NCBI GenBank assembly: GCA_904063045.1
Contig: CAJFCJ010000004.1
Span: 2,039,713 to 2,103,712, forward strand
DNA from: Dimorphilus gyrociliatus
Taxonomy: Eukaryota > Animalia > Annelida
Direction: 5' to 3'
Length of the DNA: 64,000 bases
Within the stretch, counting starts at the first letter, position 1. Each line of letters opens with the position of its first letter. Positions 13,601 to 27,447 of this stretch are shown here, piece by piece. The notes under the pieces are model-generated. The model was given only the letters and a program-made list of their open reading frames with translations, was not told where the DNA came from and did not search any database. Position numbers and translations under genes: made by a program.

Positions 13601-16600
13601 CCTTTCATTCTGTATTGTATCTTTTTGCTTCTTTTACTTAAAAAGAACTGATGTAACGTAGATTTTGACTTAATACAACTCCAATGCATTAATATATTAC
13701 ATTTCTCGTTTGTCTACTTTGAAAGGTATTAAATCATCGCATTACCTTGGTATATAGTTAATCTTTACCAATGTTTTTTTGCCTATATGAACCAGAAAAC
13801 CCAACTTTTCAAATATTTTATCTATCCCGTCTCCCCTCTTCCCTCCCCACATCACCCCCTCCCCCACTTCTTTTACTCATTCGCTCTTTTTCTCGTCGTT
13901 AACGTTCTGTTCCCCCTCCCTTCCTCCCCCTCTCTCTCTCTATCTCTCTCTTTCCGACCTTACTACTAATTTATCCGTCTCTCTGTTGTTTCTCTCTTTC
14001 ACATATAGCATAAGAAGATGAGTTCAACTATTTACGCATTCCCACGTGCTTATTAATTTTTTTATTGTTAATATTGATATCATAGCTAAAGTACAAAGAT
14101 TAAATTTCTTGTGATCAAACCTCCATTAGCAATAAAAAAAACAAAGGAATATAGCAAAAGCGGATTAGACCTTAGCTGGAAAAATTTGAAAAAGCCTCTT
14201 CTTTATTGAAAGAAGTCTTATCGTAAAAGAAATGTTTCATTTATTTTTAGAAAGCAATACACATAAAGAACCAAATTACTTATAAAACCATACAATGTAC
14301 TCTAACGCTCAGTTATTTATAAAAAAGACACTATTGGAAAAATGAGCGACCTTAAGCCTATACTTAACTATAACGGTAAACTTCAATCCTAGAACGTGAT
14401 AGTTTTTACTGAGAGCAGATGAATTTACATATTTTTTGTTTTTATCCAAGCTCCTGGGAATTCATCCCTAATTCTAGCAATAAAACTGCATGGCTTGCGG
14501 CTGAAAACAACTTCTACTACTGTAGCAAGTTTCTTACAGTTACATGTTAACACAATAGACATTCTTCATACCTCCTCCTCCCCCCCTTAACGGGAAAACA
14601 ATCGAAACATACTTAAAAGCGTCATTTAGAACGTCCTTAGTAAAAGAAAAGTAAGAGAAAAAGTATATTATTAAGAAATGAGATCACTTCCGGTAAAAAG
14701 ATTACTATCAATTGAACATTTGGCTTATTTGTGTTTAATACAATTTCTATTAGGGTTAATAGATGCAACTTTGATATTATATAGGCTTAGTGAAAAAGTA
14801 GGATGAAAGTGAAAATCTTAAGGTTAAAGTACTATACTATAACGGAATATTATAACAGAATAAGTTGAAAAAGAATTTTCCACTTTAGAATTACGATGAC
14901 CTTGCACTCCAGATAAAAGTTAATTATAGTACTGTATATGTAATATTTCCTTACATTAACCTATTTCATTACCTACATTCTTCTATGAGCATGTAAGAAG
15001 AATGTCATCTTCGTTAAGTAATAGTTTATAAGATATCATGAATACAATACTATTAATTTAAAAAGAATGTCAATCAAGTTTTGTTCGAATGTAGTATAGG
15101 CTAAAAATCTGCAGAGGATACAGTCTGTAATCTTGTATTATTACAGATACGATCAATGGAAAGTAAGGATTATGTTTTTCGAATGGTCACAGATTATCAT
15201 AATTCCATAAAGAAATTACTAGAATACCTTTTATTTATTTCTTTCATTTTCGAAAGTTTTATTATTCTTGTCTATCTTTTTTTAGATTCTTATATTGATC
15301 ATTAATAAATATATTTGCATCTAGGGTTTTATATAAATGTAATAGGAGGGTGGATTACGACCTACTTTCTCACATACTCCATTAAATAACCTACTTGGAT
15401 CTATCTAACAAGATTTACTTAGACCTTGAGTTAAATTCACTTAAAACTCTCAAATATCTATTGTCAGAGAAGGAAAATCAAACATTTAGAGAAGCAAATA
15501 AAACTAATCAGAAATAGAAGTAGTCAATTAAAAAACCGTCTATCAATATATCAGCCTTTCATCGCATTCCAAGTTTTTGATTGATAAAATAATAGAATGT
15601 AAGCATGAGAGAATTCTGTAGAAAAAGTCTTACTATAGAAGATGAACCTCGGGGAATTGCACGAACAAATTGTTGCGGAAAGCTTGTATTTTTTTTGTGT
15701 TGATCAACAATCCTATTTATAATATACTCTTTCCCCTACTTTTTATACTTATACTATTGACCTATAGGCATATCTTTTACCTTTTCTATTTTATACAAAA
15801 AGTAAGTATATATGTATGTAGAGAGCATATAAATATTAAATATCACTATTTATCGTTGCTATATATATCTATATATTTACATTTATAAATATATAAATAA
15901 ATACAGGACATATATATATATATATATATATGTATATACTAATATATATATATATATGTACTGTATATATATAAATTATATACCGGACGTATAGTAAACG
16001 TGCAATTTTATACCTAAATAACTACTTCTAACATTCTAAATCTGAGCGAAAATGTGAGGTTGTGTTAGTTTGAAAAATTCTTGAATAACCTCAAAGAAGA
16101 ATTTGCAAGCTTACACGGCCTCATAAATTGGCTACAATTCTACATATTTCATCCATTCATTCATTCATCTACTCTTTTATTTTTGATTAATTTGTCTTAT
16201 CAAATTTGCTTTATCGGTATATTTAAATATTTTACATTCAAAAATAGCTTTGTAAGTAACTTCTAAATAAGACTGTGATATGTAGAAATATATCTAATTA
16301 TCTTAATATTAGACCGCAAAGGGGAAAGAATACTGAAAGTTCTAGTATTCTCCTTTTTCTGCTTTTTCTTCTTCTTTTACTTTTTTCTATTTGTATTCTT
16401 TTGAGCCTTTTCTTTCTCCTTTTATTAATTGATCAATCAGACAATAACTAAAGGACTAATAAACCGCTAATTTATGATGCTTAAATATTTATCCTTGGAT
16501 GTATATTAGTTTGATTTAATAGAACAGAAAAGTATGGATAATACTTTCTAATTTTAGATGCTATTTTCTAAGAACTATATCATCCCTATTTAAGAAAGTT

Positions 16601-18278
16601 AAATATCTTTCTAAGAATAGGTTACGAAATTTCATATAACGACATTGATTTTTCAACCGGGAAATATGAATCCATGAATAAAATTACAGAGTGTTTTGTT
16701 ATTTTACTCTCGTCCAACCATAATTGATCAACTATCTATTTTTATTAATGCTCTCTGTATAGCCAAGCAGTCGATTATATTAGTATTTGTACCTCAATTC
16801 TTTTATATCTTTGAACATATGACAAGAAATATTTAGAATACAATATGTAAAGTATATTCTCTGTATAGTTTATTTATTTATCTATAAACATGATAAAAGA
16901 GATAGTTTGTCTTTTCTTTCCCTTTCCTTTAATTATTTTACAAATTCTAAAAATCAAAAAAACATACACAAACTTTCATATAGAATTTTCAAAGTTTTTA
17001 GGGAATGATATTTTCGTAGAAATTCATTTAGCAACTCTATAAAGTTTCTTACTTGAAAACAAAATAAGAAACTACAAAGAGAAAGGTAAAAGGCGTGTAA
17101 TGTTTCTTCAATTGTACTTGACATTCAGCTCAATTTAGGGAAATTCTTAGCCTATAATCTCTTTTTAACTCTGACATTGGGCAATGTCGTTAAAAAATAA
17201 AAGGCCTGAAAAAAAGTGTAACAATTATTATAGAATTTCATCGAATGATTCATTTTCATTGATAACTAGGTGAGTGAGAAATTTACTGTAGGACAACTTG
17301 GCAACTATTTTACGTTTTAGGGAGCTTAACATACAAATTACGATAAAATTGAGAGGAGAAGTTTGTAATGCTGATAAATATTCGTTTGCATACCTATATT
17401 TGATGTATGGAATAAAAGTCATACAAGGAATTTGCAAACTTAAGACTTGGAAACTTAGTCAGAAAAAAAAAGCTTTTAACCTTACGTTTAAGTTTATACT
17501 GTTTAAATACACTTAAGCTATTAGTAAGATACTTTATTGTGTTTGTCAAATTTATACTATGGGAATTAATATTCCATAATTATCTCTATATTGAACCGTT
17601 TCTTTTGCCTCATTAAATAATAAGAAATGTAACCTCAAAGGTACAAAATAATAAATCTGAAAGGATAAAAGGAGAGCGAAAAAAGAAAAATTTAATCTAT
17701 TCATACAGTCAGAATAATATTATGACTTTGATCTTCTATGGTCCAATAAGTCTTTGGTCTGACTGGAGGAATAAATAAAGGTTGAGCACGCGTCAGTTTA
17801 ATACTCATTGAGTGAGAGAATATGACTATATTTATATACTTTTTCCAAGAATTTCCCTAAATCGAACAATTTTTGCTTTTCTCTTTGTAAATAGGAAAAA
17901 AACAGAGTGTACTTATCATTTAAGATATTAATTTATTAGAATTCTGTACCTTTTTCATTTGTTTATTTTTGTTTACTCTCGGAAAAGCTACAGAGAGTGC
18001 GCGGTACTTAATTACGCTTGACTTGACCAACATTTCAAAGGCTATTGCATGCTTCATTTCATTACTTAAGTTAAAGGCCTGCATGATTAAGTTGGTGATG
18101 TTTATCAAGGCTTCAATGCACGTAATTGTAGCTCACTAGTCTATTATGTAGTTCATTAAACAAAGAGAATACATTTTACTGCTATGATAAAACTGCTAAA
18201 AATACAACCATTTGAGTAATTTTATTATCTATAACCATCTCCTTTCTATAAATAACAAGTTTGGTCAATTTTTTTCAG

Positions 18279-19436
18279 ATGGCAGCGTCTAATATGACGC
18301 TTACGTACGAAGAATATGAAGCAGCGCAACTAAACAATCCTCCATTTTCTTTGACTGAAATGCTAACTGATTTCACCATCCCAATATATGGTTATATTAG
18401 TCCAATAATTGTTCTCTTTACTCTCTTGACAAATCTACTTCTCTGCTGCACACTTCTGAAAGCAAATATGAGAACACCAACGAACTTACTGTTATCTTCT
18501 ATGGCCATCGCAGACACACTCACTGGTTCAACACCTATACCTGCTTTTCTATATTATTATACGTTCGATAATTATAAAGAACCTATGTCCTGCAGAGCGG
18601 TAGTAATTTACAAATATACAGCGGATATGATACCAACCATATGCCATACCGCCTCCATATGGCTAACAGTTGCCTTGGCCGTTCAACGCTATGTAACGGT
18701 TTGTTTAGGCCTCAGAGGCAAAAAATGGTTTACAATTAATTCGACGTTATTGTTAATATTAATTGTTACATTGGCATCGATATTAGTTCATTTTACAACT
18801 TTCTTGGAGCATAAATTTATTCCAGTAAAACTGAACCATACGTCAAATGCTACTGAATCATGTGCTTATTACTTCCGCTATTGGGTATGGTCAGCAACTC
18901 AACTTTATTTTAATTTCTACTTTTGGTTTAGAGTAGTTGCGATTCACGTAGTACCCTGCATTCTTTTAGTCATATTGAATGCTCTTCTTGTACAGACAAT
19001 GCAGAATGCAAGAAAGAAAAGGCGGCAGCTATTGCAACAGAACCGAAAGTCTGAATGTAGGAAAATAAAAGAATCGAATTGTACAACGTTACTTCTCGTT
19101 TTGGTTTGCAGTGTATTCTTAATGGTAGAATTTCCGGCTGGAACGGTTTTTACATTGCATATTATCTCCAATACATTTTATTCGGAGAGGAATCCGCTGA
19201 TAAGCAGTGCGGCATTTAATAACGTCTTCATAATTTTTAATTTGTTTATTTTACTCTCCTATCCGGTCAATTTCTTTCTGTATTGCAGTATGAGTAAACA
19301 ATTTAGAGAAACTTTTAAGAGAATGTTTATTCCTGGAGCTCCACCTTTGGCCAGAGAACACTCACAATACCATTCATTAGCAACGGAGAATGGAGGAACG
19401 GGTAAGACTTTGACAACAACAGAAACTGCAATTTAG
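18279..19436 (+). CDS. SPR: Sex peptide receptor / myoinhibitory peptide (MIP, allatostatin-B) receptor, class A GPCR; CDS in one exon
   Basis: 7 TM segments. Motifs MRTPTNLLLSSMAIAD, CHTASIWLTVALAVQRY, FRVVAIHVVPC, NRKSECRKIKESNCTTLLL and YPVNFFLYCSMSKQFRETF closely match the Drosophila SPR family as I recall it. The ATG at 18279 directly follows a TTTTTTTCAG acceptor, so the TTG start at 18261 is an artefact. Confidence 0.9.
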   Translation: MAASNMTLTYEEYEAAQLNNPPFSLTEMLTDFTIPIYGYISPIIVLFTLLTNLLLCCTLLKANMRTPTNLLLSSMAIADTLTGSTPIPAFLYYYTFDNYKEPMSCRAVVIYKYTADMIPTICHTASIWLTVALAVQRYVTVCLGLRGKKWFTINSTLLLILIVTLASILVHFTTFLEHKFIPVKLNHTSNATESCAYYFRYWVWSATQLYFNFYFWFRVVAIHVVPCILLVILNALLVQTMQNARKKRRQLLQQNRKSECRKIKESNCTTLLLVLVCSVFLMVEFPAGTVFTLHIISNTFYSERNPLISSAAFNNVFIIFNLFILLSYPVNFFLYCSMSKQFRETFKRMFIPGAPPLAREHSQYHSLATENGGTGKTLTTTETAI

Positions 19437-19749
19437 AAGTTTTCTTTAACGTAGCTAACTCTTTACTTTCTGTTTAACTTTTAAGATACTATAAATATTT
19501 TTAAGTTAATGTTATATTTTGTGGTAGAAGTATATACTGTATATTTATATATTAATATAGCCCTATACATATATTGTTTATATATATATGTAAGAGGTTA
19601 TATGTATAGATACGTTCATATATATACTGTATATATATTTATCCACTTAAGTGCTTTGGCTGGCTCTTCAATAACAGAACTGAATCATTACTTTAAATAG
19701 CCCATGTATTCCATATACAATTTATGGAAAAGCATTATTATTTAGCTAT

Positions 19750-19960
19750 CAAAATATTTTCTTAAAATATATGTATATGTATAAGTATATGAATATACAT
19801 GTATATATATGTATATGTATATGTAATGTATATATACATATATATACATGTATATATATGTATTAATATATAAATATATACATCTACATATAAGTTATAT
19901 GTATTTATATATACTTTATATTGTGTACATATCAATATGTATATAAGTAAAAAGTATATA
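19750..19960. repeat. Degenerate (TA)/(TATG) low-complexity tract
   Basis: Repeated tatatg/tataca units downstream of the GPCR stop. Confidence 0.8.
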
Positions 19961-21296
19961 TTGTTTGTTTATATACATTCTATACATTGAGACATTGAGT
20001 ATAAAACCATTGCCCTATCATGATTGGATGATGCATGTCTATAGTTTCAATTTGAAAATCCTAGTTCAAAGATTGAACAGACAGAGAATGTCATATTTTT
20101 TTTAAATGTAGCTTTTATCGGTTATTGATTCGTAATTTTATATTTTGAACAGGAAAAATTTCATAAACTGGCCATAAGCCAGAGTCAATTTCACAATGCA
20201 GCTATTTTTAAAGTACACAAAAAGGCTATTGTATAAAGAAAGATAATCATCTTTTTGAAGGATATAAGACTAGCCAGGATGTTGTGGAAAAAATGAATAA
20301 TTTAATATAATTTATTCGAATTGGAAGATATTTTACCAAGGTTTTCCCAAAATTATTAGCTAAGTGATAGTGAAGTAAATATCAGCTAAATTGCGTAACA
20401 TCTGAGCCATTTTCTTTAACGGATCAACCCCTATAAAAAAAACAGAATTGTTAAGCTACAAACCATTGTATGCTAATTCGACTGTTCGTTTTATACCTTC
20501 AAAAATTTATCTCAAAGTAAAAATATTAAGAACAGAAAGGGAGAAAGAGAAATGGAAAAATAGTCATCCCCTTTTTTAGACATGAAAAGGGAATCGTATA
20601 GTATATTAAAGCCTTTTTGTAGTTGGTAAGAAAATTAAATTCTGCTTTTTGTTAACAAGCCTCTTCAAAAGCCAGAAGTTTATAACTGAAAAAAATAACG
20701 TGTAATTACAAACGGAAATGAGAAAATATATATGAAAATAATTTCCAGGAAAGCTAGATAAAAAATGTACTAGAGACTTCTATTCTAGAACAGGATGCCA
20801 CCTGTTGAAATTATTTATGTATCAAAAGATCTCTGTAACCGATAAGACATGGTTTTACATCTCCCTAAAGGCAGATGTTTGTAGTTAAAATATAAAAATC
20901 TCTTACTGCAAACTCTTTAATATACTTCATTAATTAGTTTTCGAGTTAGGTTTACAAAGATGGTTCAAAATTAAGAAATATCTTTAACATTAATTTATTA
21001 ATCTATTCTTTTGAGAACGACTTTTTAAAATTCTAAAGAAAGTAAAATATTCGAATAGAATCTAATTGAAACTTTCTTTAAGTTAAAACTTTTTTGTACT
21101 AGATATAATTTAATTTTTTCTTTATTCTCTCCTTTTTTTTGTTTGCGCACGCAGTATGTTAACATCAAGAAAGGAAATATTAATTTTATAAATTTCTTCT
21201 TTGAAAAACCTCTACAAGAATAATTAATTACTTTTTTAATTTATATCGTTTAAGGGAAATAAAAAGAAAGTGAGAGAGAAAGAAAGAAAGAGAGAA

Positions 21297-21298
<2 letters not shown>

Positions 21299-21332
<34 letters not shown>
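21299..21332. repeat. (AG)n microsatellite followed by a G-rich stretch
   Basis: Perfect AG run, then GGAGGGGGGCGAGGGG. Confidence 0.95.
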
Positions 21333-21335
<3 letters not shown>

Positions 21336-21862
21336 GGGGGCGAGGGGAGTTACTGAGTGACTATGTGCATGAGTAAAAGAGAATAAAAACAGGGGTTAAA
21401 AAAATTGGCCATAGCGTTTTTGTGCTAAAATGATTAGAAAAATGGCGGAAAAAGAAAATTATATAGATTTTGTTGGATACTTTACAAGAATTTTTTTGTT
21501 TAAAAACATTTTCTAGCCTATGCAATTGATTAGTAAGTTTTAAGGTAGCTAATAAAGGAAAAAGAAATATATTCTTGTGCCTTGAAATAGTTTGAGAGGA
21601 GAAATAGAAAAAAAAGTAAAATATAAGAAAGAATATAATATTATTAATTAAAACTATTAGAAATAAGGAGAAAAATGAAAGGATTTGGGCGTCTGCTGTT
21701 ATTTTCTTTTAATTTGATTTCCTCAAGGACATATCGTGTTTAACGTTCGATAAGAAAGTGATTATTCCTCTTTTCTCTACATATATTATATATATTTTTT
21801 ACTCATACTTTCTTTATGATAAAATAGAAATACATTTTTACAGTATATACTTATATATATAA

Positions 21863-21898
<36 letters not shown>

Positions 21899-24160
21899 AA
21901 ACTAGCAAATGCATTTCTTTTTATAAATCTACATTTACATACATTTTTTTCTCTTAAGGTATATGAAAGACGGAAAGAGTAATGTTTTGATTATTTTCAT
22001 ATACAGTCTTATAGAGTATAAGAAAAAAATCTCTCTTTGTTTCCTTTTTTCTTTTTACTATTATTAATATTTTTTGCTGCGTAGAAAATATACTAAAACT
22101 TTTCTCTAAAATAGAAAATTACAAGGTGACAATTTAGTTCGATTCATTCAAAACTGTTAACCCACTTGACCTATATAGAAAAAAAAATGCAGTTCCATCA
22201 ACTTTTATTACAAATCTCTGTGTGACTATTGAAATGTTTATGGTGTAATTTTTTTCTACTGTTTACCTCAAAGCTAAGTTAAAAAAGACAAAAAGGAAAA
22301 AAAAATTGCAGAGTTATTTAATTTACTCTTCTTCTACTCATTCTTATTCTTCTTCATTTTCTTCTTCTTATTTAAGTCTAAAATGATGTAAAAATAAGTC
22401 TAAGCCTTATTATTTATCATTTAAATTGTAGATAATGTATTTTAAATATTTCTTTATATATACTTTTAATAATTTATAAATCTGATATGAAAAATCTTTC
22501 TAATTTCTTTTTCAAATGTATTCATAAATTAGTATGAATGTATATACTGTATACACTATATATATATATATATGTCAGCAATATATAAGGGAAATTTAAG
22601 TTTACTTGGTAAATTTTTTTAGTCAATAATTGATTTTCTTTAAAAGAGTGAAAAAAAATCGAAATTGTTCACAACTTGTTTCGTTTGTGTTTTTCATTTC
22701 TTTGAAAGTTTTCCAATTGTTTGAGTTTAGTTTTTTAACCTTTGTTTAGTATGTTATTTATTAAGAAATAGTATTAAGTTTTTAATGAAATTTCTCTTTT
22801 GACAATGTATAATAAATTGTATCTTTTTTCTTCTTCCTTCCTTTATCTTCTTATCTTTCCTCCCTTGTGAATTTGTAGAACACAAAAGTATCAAAACACA
22901 TTTTTTCTAGACAAACGCCACCTTTTGCTAAATAAGTTAAAGAATAAATCCTGTGTCAAATATTGTACAGATTCTAAATTTTTAAATCGTTTTGTTTGTT
23001 CGGAGCAGCAATTGCAGCAGTCATATAAAAAGTTGTATGTATCTGTTACATAATTATCGTAATTATAGCTAATTATTATCGACTTACCTAATATTTGGCT
23101 CTGTGCTAAATGTATAACATGTAAAAATGGAAAAGAAGGAAAAAAAAAACATTATAGTATATTAATTGTTATTTTTTTTGGACATCTGCTTGCTTCTTTT
23201 GTCAAAAGATAAAAATGATAATGTAAAATACACTTTGCTCTATTCAAAAAAATACATTATATTGTAATTATAAAGAATAAAAAATCTATTAGATATGCGT
23301 TCTTTTCCGGCTCTGTTTAGCGTTTTAGCAGATAAGACAGTGTAATTTCCGGTAGACTTTAGAAAAACTTGACGAAAAACTTGAGAAGGCTTTATTTTAA
23401 TTATTAAAAGATTTTATGCTTTAACTGGAGAGGATCACTTTTATTGCATTTTTGGTAAATATTTTCCGCTACTAATCAATAAATGGATGTGGATAAATGT
23501 AAAGTAAACTGCGTAATGGCTTTTAAGTTTTATTGTTACAATTATTGTTAAAGAATGGATTTATATGGTCAATAGACAAAAAAAATATAGAATACGTTCA
23601 AGCCTTGCCTTTTCATTCTAAATTCGCTTGCTCTCGATGGACAAAACTCTGCTAACTTATTCTCCCTCTTTTCTTTTCATAATGAATGCATTTTAATCTA
23701 ATATCATATTTTCGATATCATTTTCTTTATCCAAATAACAAATAGCAGGGGCTAAGTATTCAATTAAAACTTACTTATTATTTATAAAATATATTATACT
23801 TTATTATCTTTTTAAAAATTAAGGTACTCTTTTAAGGTACTCTTTTATTACAATAGCATTTTCTGTTTATTTGTTATATTGTGATAATCAACATATTGAT
23901 TCATAATAGTTCATTTTTTATGATTTGGCAAAGTTCACCTTTAATAATCAAAAAAAGTAAATTGAACAAAAATTGTAGGAAGTTTAGGTATTGGGATTTT
24001 ATTACTCTTATATATGGCCTATTAAAATCAAATCATCCATCTTCTTACTATTCATGGAGATGATTATTTTGTCGTTTTGTTTCTATTGTTAAGTCGCTTT
24101 TCTAAATAATAAATTGCATCAATAAATGTAATAAATTGTTTCACTTAATGTTGTTTTCAG

Positions 24161-24242
24161 ATTTATTAGTGGGGTCTATTGGTAGAGGGGAGTTCTCAAT
24201 AATGGTAAGCACAATTTTTATGGCTTTTCAAGAACCCTTAAG
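24161..24242 (+). CDS. Weaker candidate upstream variable exon of the multi-first-exon gene (MVSTIFMAFQEPL-S)
   Basis: TTGTTTTCAG acceptor at 24160, open frame with in-frame ATGs at 24202 and 24220, AG|GTAAAC donor in phase 2. Confidence 0.3.
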
Positions 24243-25584
24243 GTAAACTCGACTAAAAAGTTACTTTAACTGTATGAGGCCTAGAAAAAAAGAAAGAAAG
24301 AAACTTTTAGTCTTATTGACTGCAGAAGACTAGCAACGACACCCAGGGCCAATTAATAAATACTATTAACTTTTCCCACTATAGTCAATAATTCAGGTAA
24401 AGCAGTAAGCGTTTGTTGCCTTTTACTGCACATTATTTCAAGTAACCAACTACCTAAATGCGTACCTCAAAAAATGTATTAATTACATATTATCTATTAG
24501 TAATTGATCAATATTCAAAAGATAGGAAAGTGATTTCTATCCTTTTTAGGAGTACACACACAAACTCGACTTGCAATGAATTACTTTCAAAATACTTTTT
24601 AATATTAAAAAAAGAGAAACAGAGAAGGAAAGCTGTCTTTTTTAAAGATATCCATTGTGATTTGTCATCATAATTAATCGAATAGTTAACTGTTAGTTAA
24701 GAGGGAGAGTGGTAGCAAGTGGGAACAGACAGAAAGAGAGAAAGAGGGGTAATATTGTATACACACTGTATATTATACAGTATATATATATATTTGCACA
24801 GCACATATGTGAATGCTTGTAGACAGAAAACTAAAATTACGATTGACTGCTAGCACCAATTAACATAAATACGAATTGAATTGTTCGTTGCATCTGATTC
24901 CAGACTGAAAATGTTCAATAAAATTGAGAGGGAGGGGGAATCCGAGGATATATATTCTGTAGGTCTGTATTAAAATGGTCTGTCTTTAAACTAGATAGAA
25001 TATTCTCATATTTGCATGAAAATTATCTATTATCTTGCTCTCATTATGGGTTATATTAAAATTTCATAAGGTCATTTATTAATATTTAATCAGTCTGTAC
25101 TAACTCTATTCAATAGTAGATACAAATTTCTTTAAAAAGACAGATAAACAATAAATTCTTTATGAAAGAAGCAAATATAATTTCTTTTTTTCGATGAAAG
25201 CCGTTTTAAACTACTAATATACTGTACTTGGATATTATTTATTTTTCCGATAGGTAGCGTTCTGTATTCAACTTTGAAGATTATAGGTAACATTAGGTAA
25301 TATTAGTAATAATTATCTATATTTTATATGATAGAAGACATGGAATAGCACTGTTTTTGTATTAGAATTAGAAATTTCCCTATATAATTCTATACTTGTA
25401 CACATAAAGTGTTAAGATTATAGCTGTATATTTATTTTTGAACGTAATGTCTATTTAGAGCATTCAATAATAAAAAGGAGGTGTAATAATAAACATCCTA
25501 TTTCAATATCATAATATAAATGAAAGATTAGCAGAGTATTTTTAGGATGGAAAAGTAAAGAATGTAAATATTTTTCTAACAAAG

Positions 25585-26469
25585 CTATGCACTAAATCCT
25601 CGGAAACCACTTGGAATTTTGTAGATAATGTCTTTACGAGCAAAAATAGCTTCCTTTTTGTTTAATGTTCCAATAAATTTGTATAGATGAGTATCTAATA
25701 GTAATTTTTTAATATCATCTAATTTCCTTTCTGTTTGTCGATTGTAGTTGTATTCCACGAGTATTACATCAATAGGAACTAGTGTATAATCTATACTACG
25801 TAATGCTTTAACATTAGCTTGTTCTTGTTCGATAGAGAGAAAATTCACTCTCTGAAATGGGGTTGCTTGTACTATTTTGTTGAATGGAAAAGATTGAACT
25901 TCTATAATGTCTCTTTTCTGTTTTCTTGAATCTTTTAAACTCATACCAGCAAAAGTAGACCTTGGTTCGTAGATTACTGGTCCTGATTTGTTGCTTAAAC
26001 TAATTGCCGCGTTAATTAGATAAGCATTTCTATTTCTTTTGTTTAGTAGTTTGAATAAAAAGGGATCAACTTCCATCAAAATACCAGTCCAATGACGTTC
26101 TCTTTCGAAGAATATTGTCTTTGATGAAACAAGTCCATCCGCTGCTCCACACTCAATGAATATGCCATTTTTCTTACCCTTTAAAAGTAAATCAACAAAG
26201 GTTGATTGTTGATTCCTAATAATATTTATAATTTTCGTATGATGTAATCCAATTCTCTTCGTAGGTGGAGCTTGTAAATATCTTTCCCTAATATAATCAA
26301 CCAAACCTTTAGTACTTCTTCCATTTTCTAGGTCATATATTATATCCGAAGACCACTTCAAGTTTTGTCTATTTCTTTGTTTCAAAGTTGTTCTTTGATC
26401 TGCTATGAAAAAGATTAGTAGGAAAATGCAGGTAAATAACATGAAAACTATTTTATAATTCGCTTTCAT
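25585..26469 (-). CDS. FkbM (Methyltransf_21) family, Star-like type II membrane protein, intronless CDS
   Basis: N-terminal anchor IVFMLFTCIFLLIFFIA and motif GIFIECGAADG..FFERERHWTGILMEVDP typical of animal FkbM/Star proteins. First ATG is at 26469. Confidence 0.85.
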   Translation of the reverse strand: MKANYKIVFMLFTCIFLLIFFIADQRTTLKQRNRQNLKWSSDIIYDLENGRSTKGLVDYIRERYLQAPPTKRIGLHHTKIINIIRNQQSTFVDLLLKGKKNGIFIECGAADGLVSSKTIFFERERHWTGILMEVDPFLFKLLNKRNRNAYLINAAISLSNKSGPVIYEPRSTFAGMSLKDSRKQKRDIIEVQSFPFNKIVQATPFQRVNFLSIEQEQANVKALRSIDYTLVPIDVILVEYNYNRQTERKLDDIKKLLLDTHLYKFIGTLNKKEAIFARKDIIYKIPSGFRGFSA

Positions 26470-26549
26470 GTTGAACAAACAACTAGTTTGATTAATTCTA
26501 AGTGATCCTCTTTTTTTATATGTATATGTTTTTTTTTTACATTAACGCT

Positions 26550-26584
<35 letters not shown>

Positions 26585-27447
26585 ATCAATATCTATATAT
26601 ATGTATATAAATTAATATATATGCAGATACATGTGATAATAATATTAAATGTATCTATCTATAAATATACATGAATTTAATTTATGTATCGTCATTGAAC
26701 AATAATAAATATATTTGTATAGTCCATACATATACTTTCTTTATCTCTATCGATGAAAATATATATACAGTTTACATATATATTCACATATATATATATA
26801 TATAAATTGTATTTATATAGGTGCGTATGTCTGTAAGTATGTAAAGTATATGCCAAAGTCTCAACGCAACTCTGGCAGATTTGATAAAACTACTCATCTG
26901 TCTGCAAATAAACAAGTTCATGTATACATCATAGGCGAGAGACTATACAAGTTAATACTATACATATGCTTATATAAAAAATTTAATATTATTAATTTTT
27001 TATTTTTAACGTTCTTAAACCTATTTTGACTAGCACAGTAGCGACATCTATTAACTCTTATTGCAAGTATCTGAAATAGTTATAGAATAGGGCTAATATA
27101 TCTAAAATATTATAAGAAATTACTTTATGGTTTTATAATAGATTTTAGTGTAAGAATACCGAACATTAAAAGAAAAAAATCGATTACTACTCTTTCATAA
27201 TTAGAATTTAGCAAAAAAAAAGACAAAACTAGGTAAAGAGAAAAAGGAAATTTGAAACTATTAAAGGCAATTGGTAATTAAATATTATTTCATTAAAATA
27301 TTTAATATCAAGAATAGATAAATTATTAAGTTAATTGTAAACTTTAACACTATATATACTAAGTTATTCTTATTATATTAATTATAATATGTACTCAACT
27401 TTTTTCTTCTTTTACTTATAGGAGTCTTATATTAATTATTCTGATCA

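Noticed and set aside
12349-17516. ORFs at 12349, 13035, 17228 and 17298
   Set aside because: No recognisable motif or consistent exon structure.
21440-21538. MIRKMAEK frame near a GTAAGT at 21533
   Set aside because: Stop codon before the donor, and the phase-2 frame is closed.
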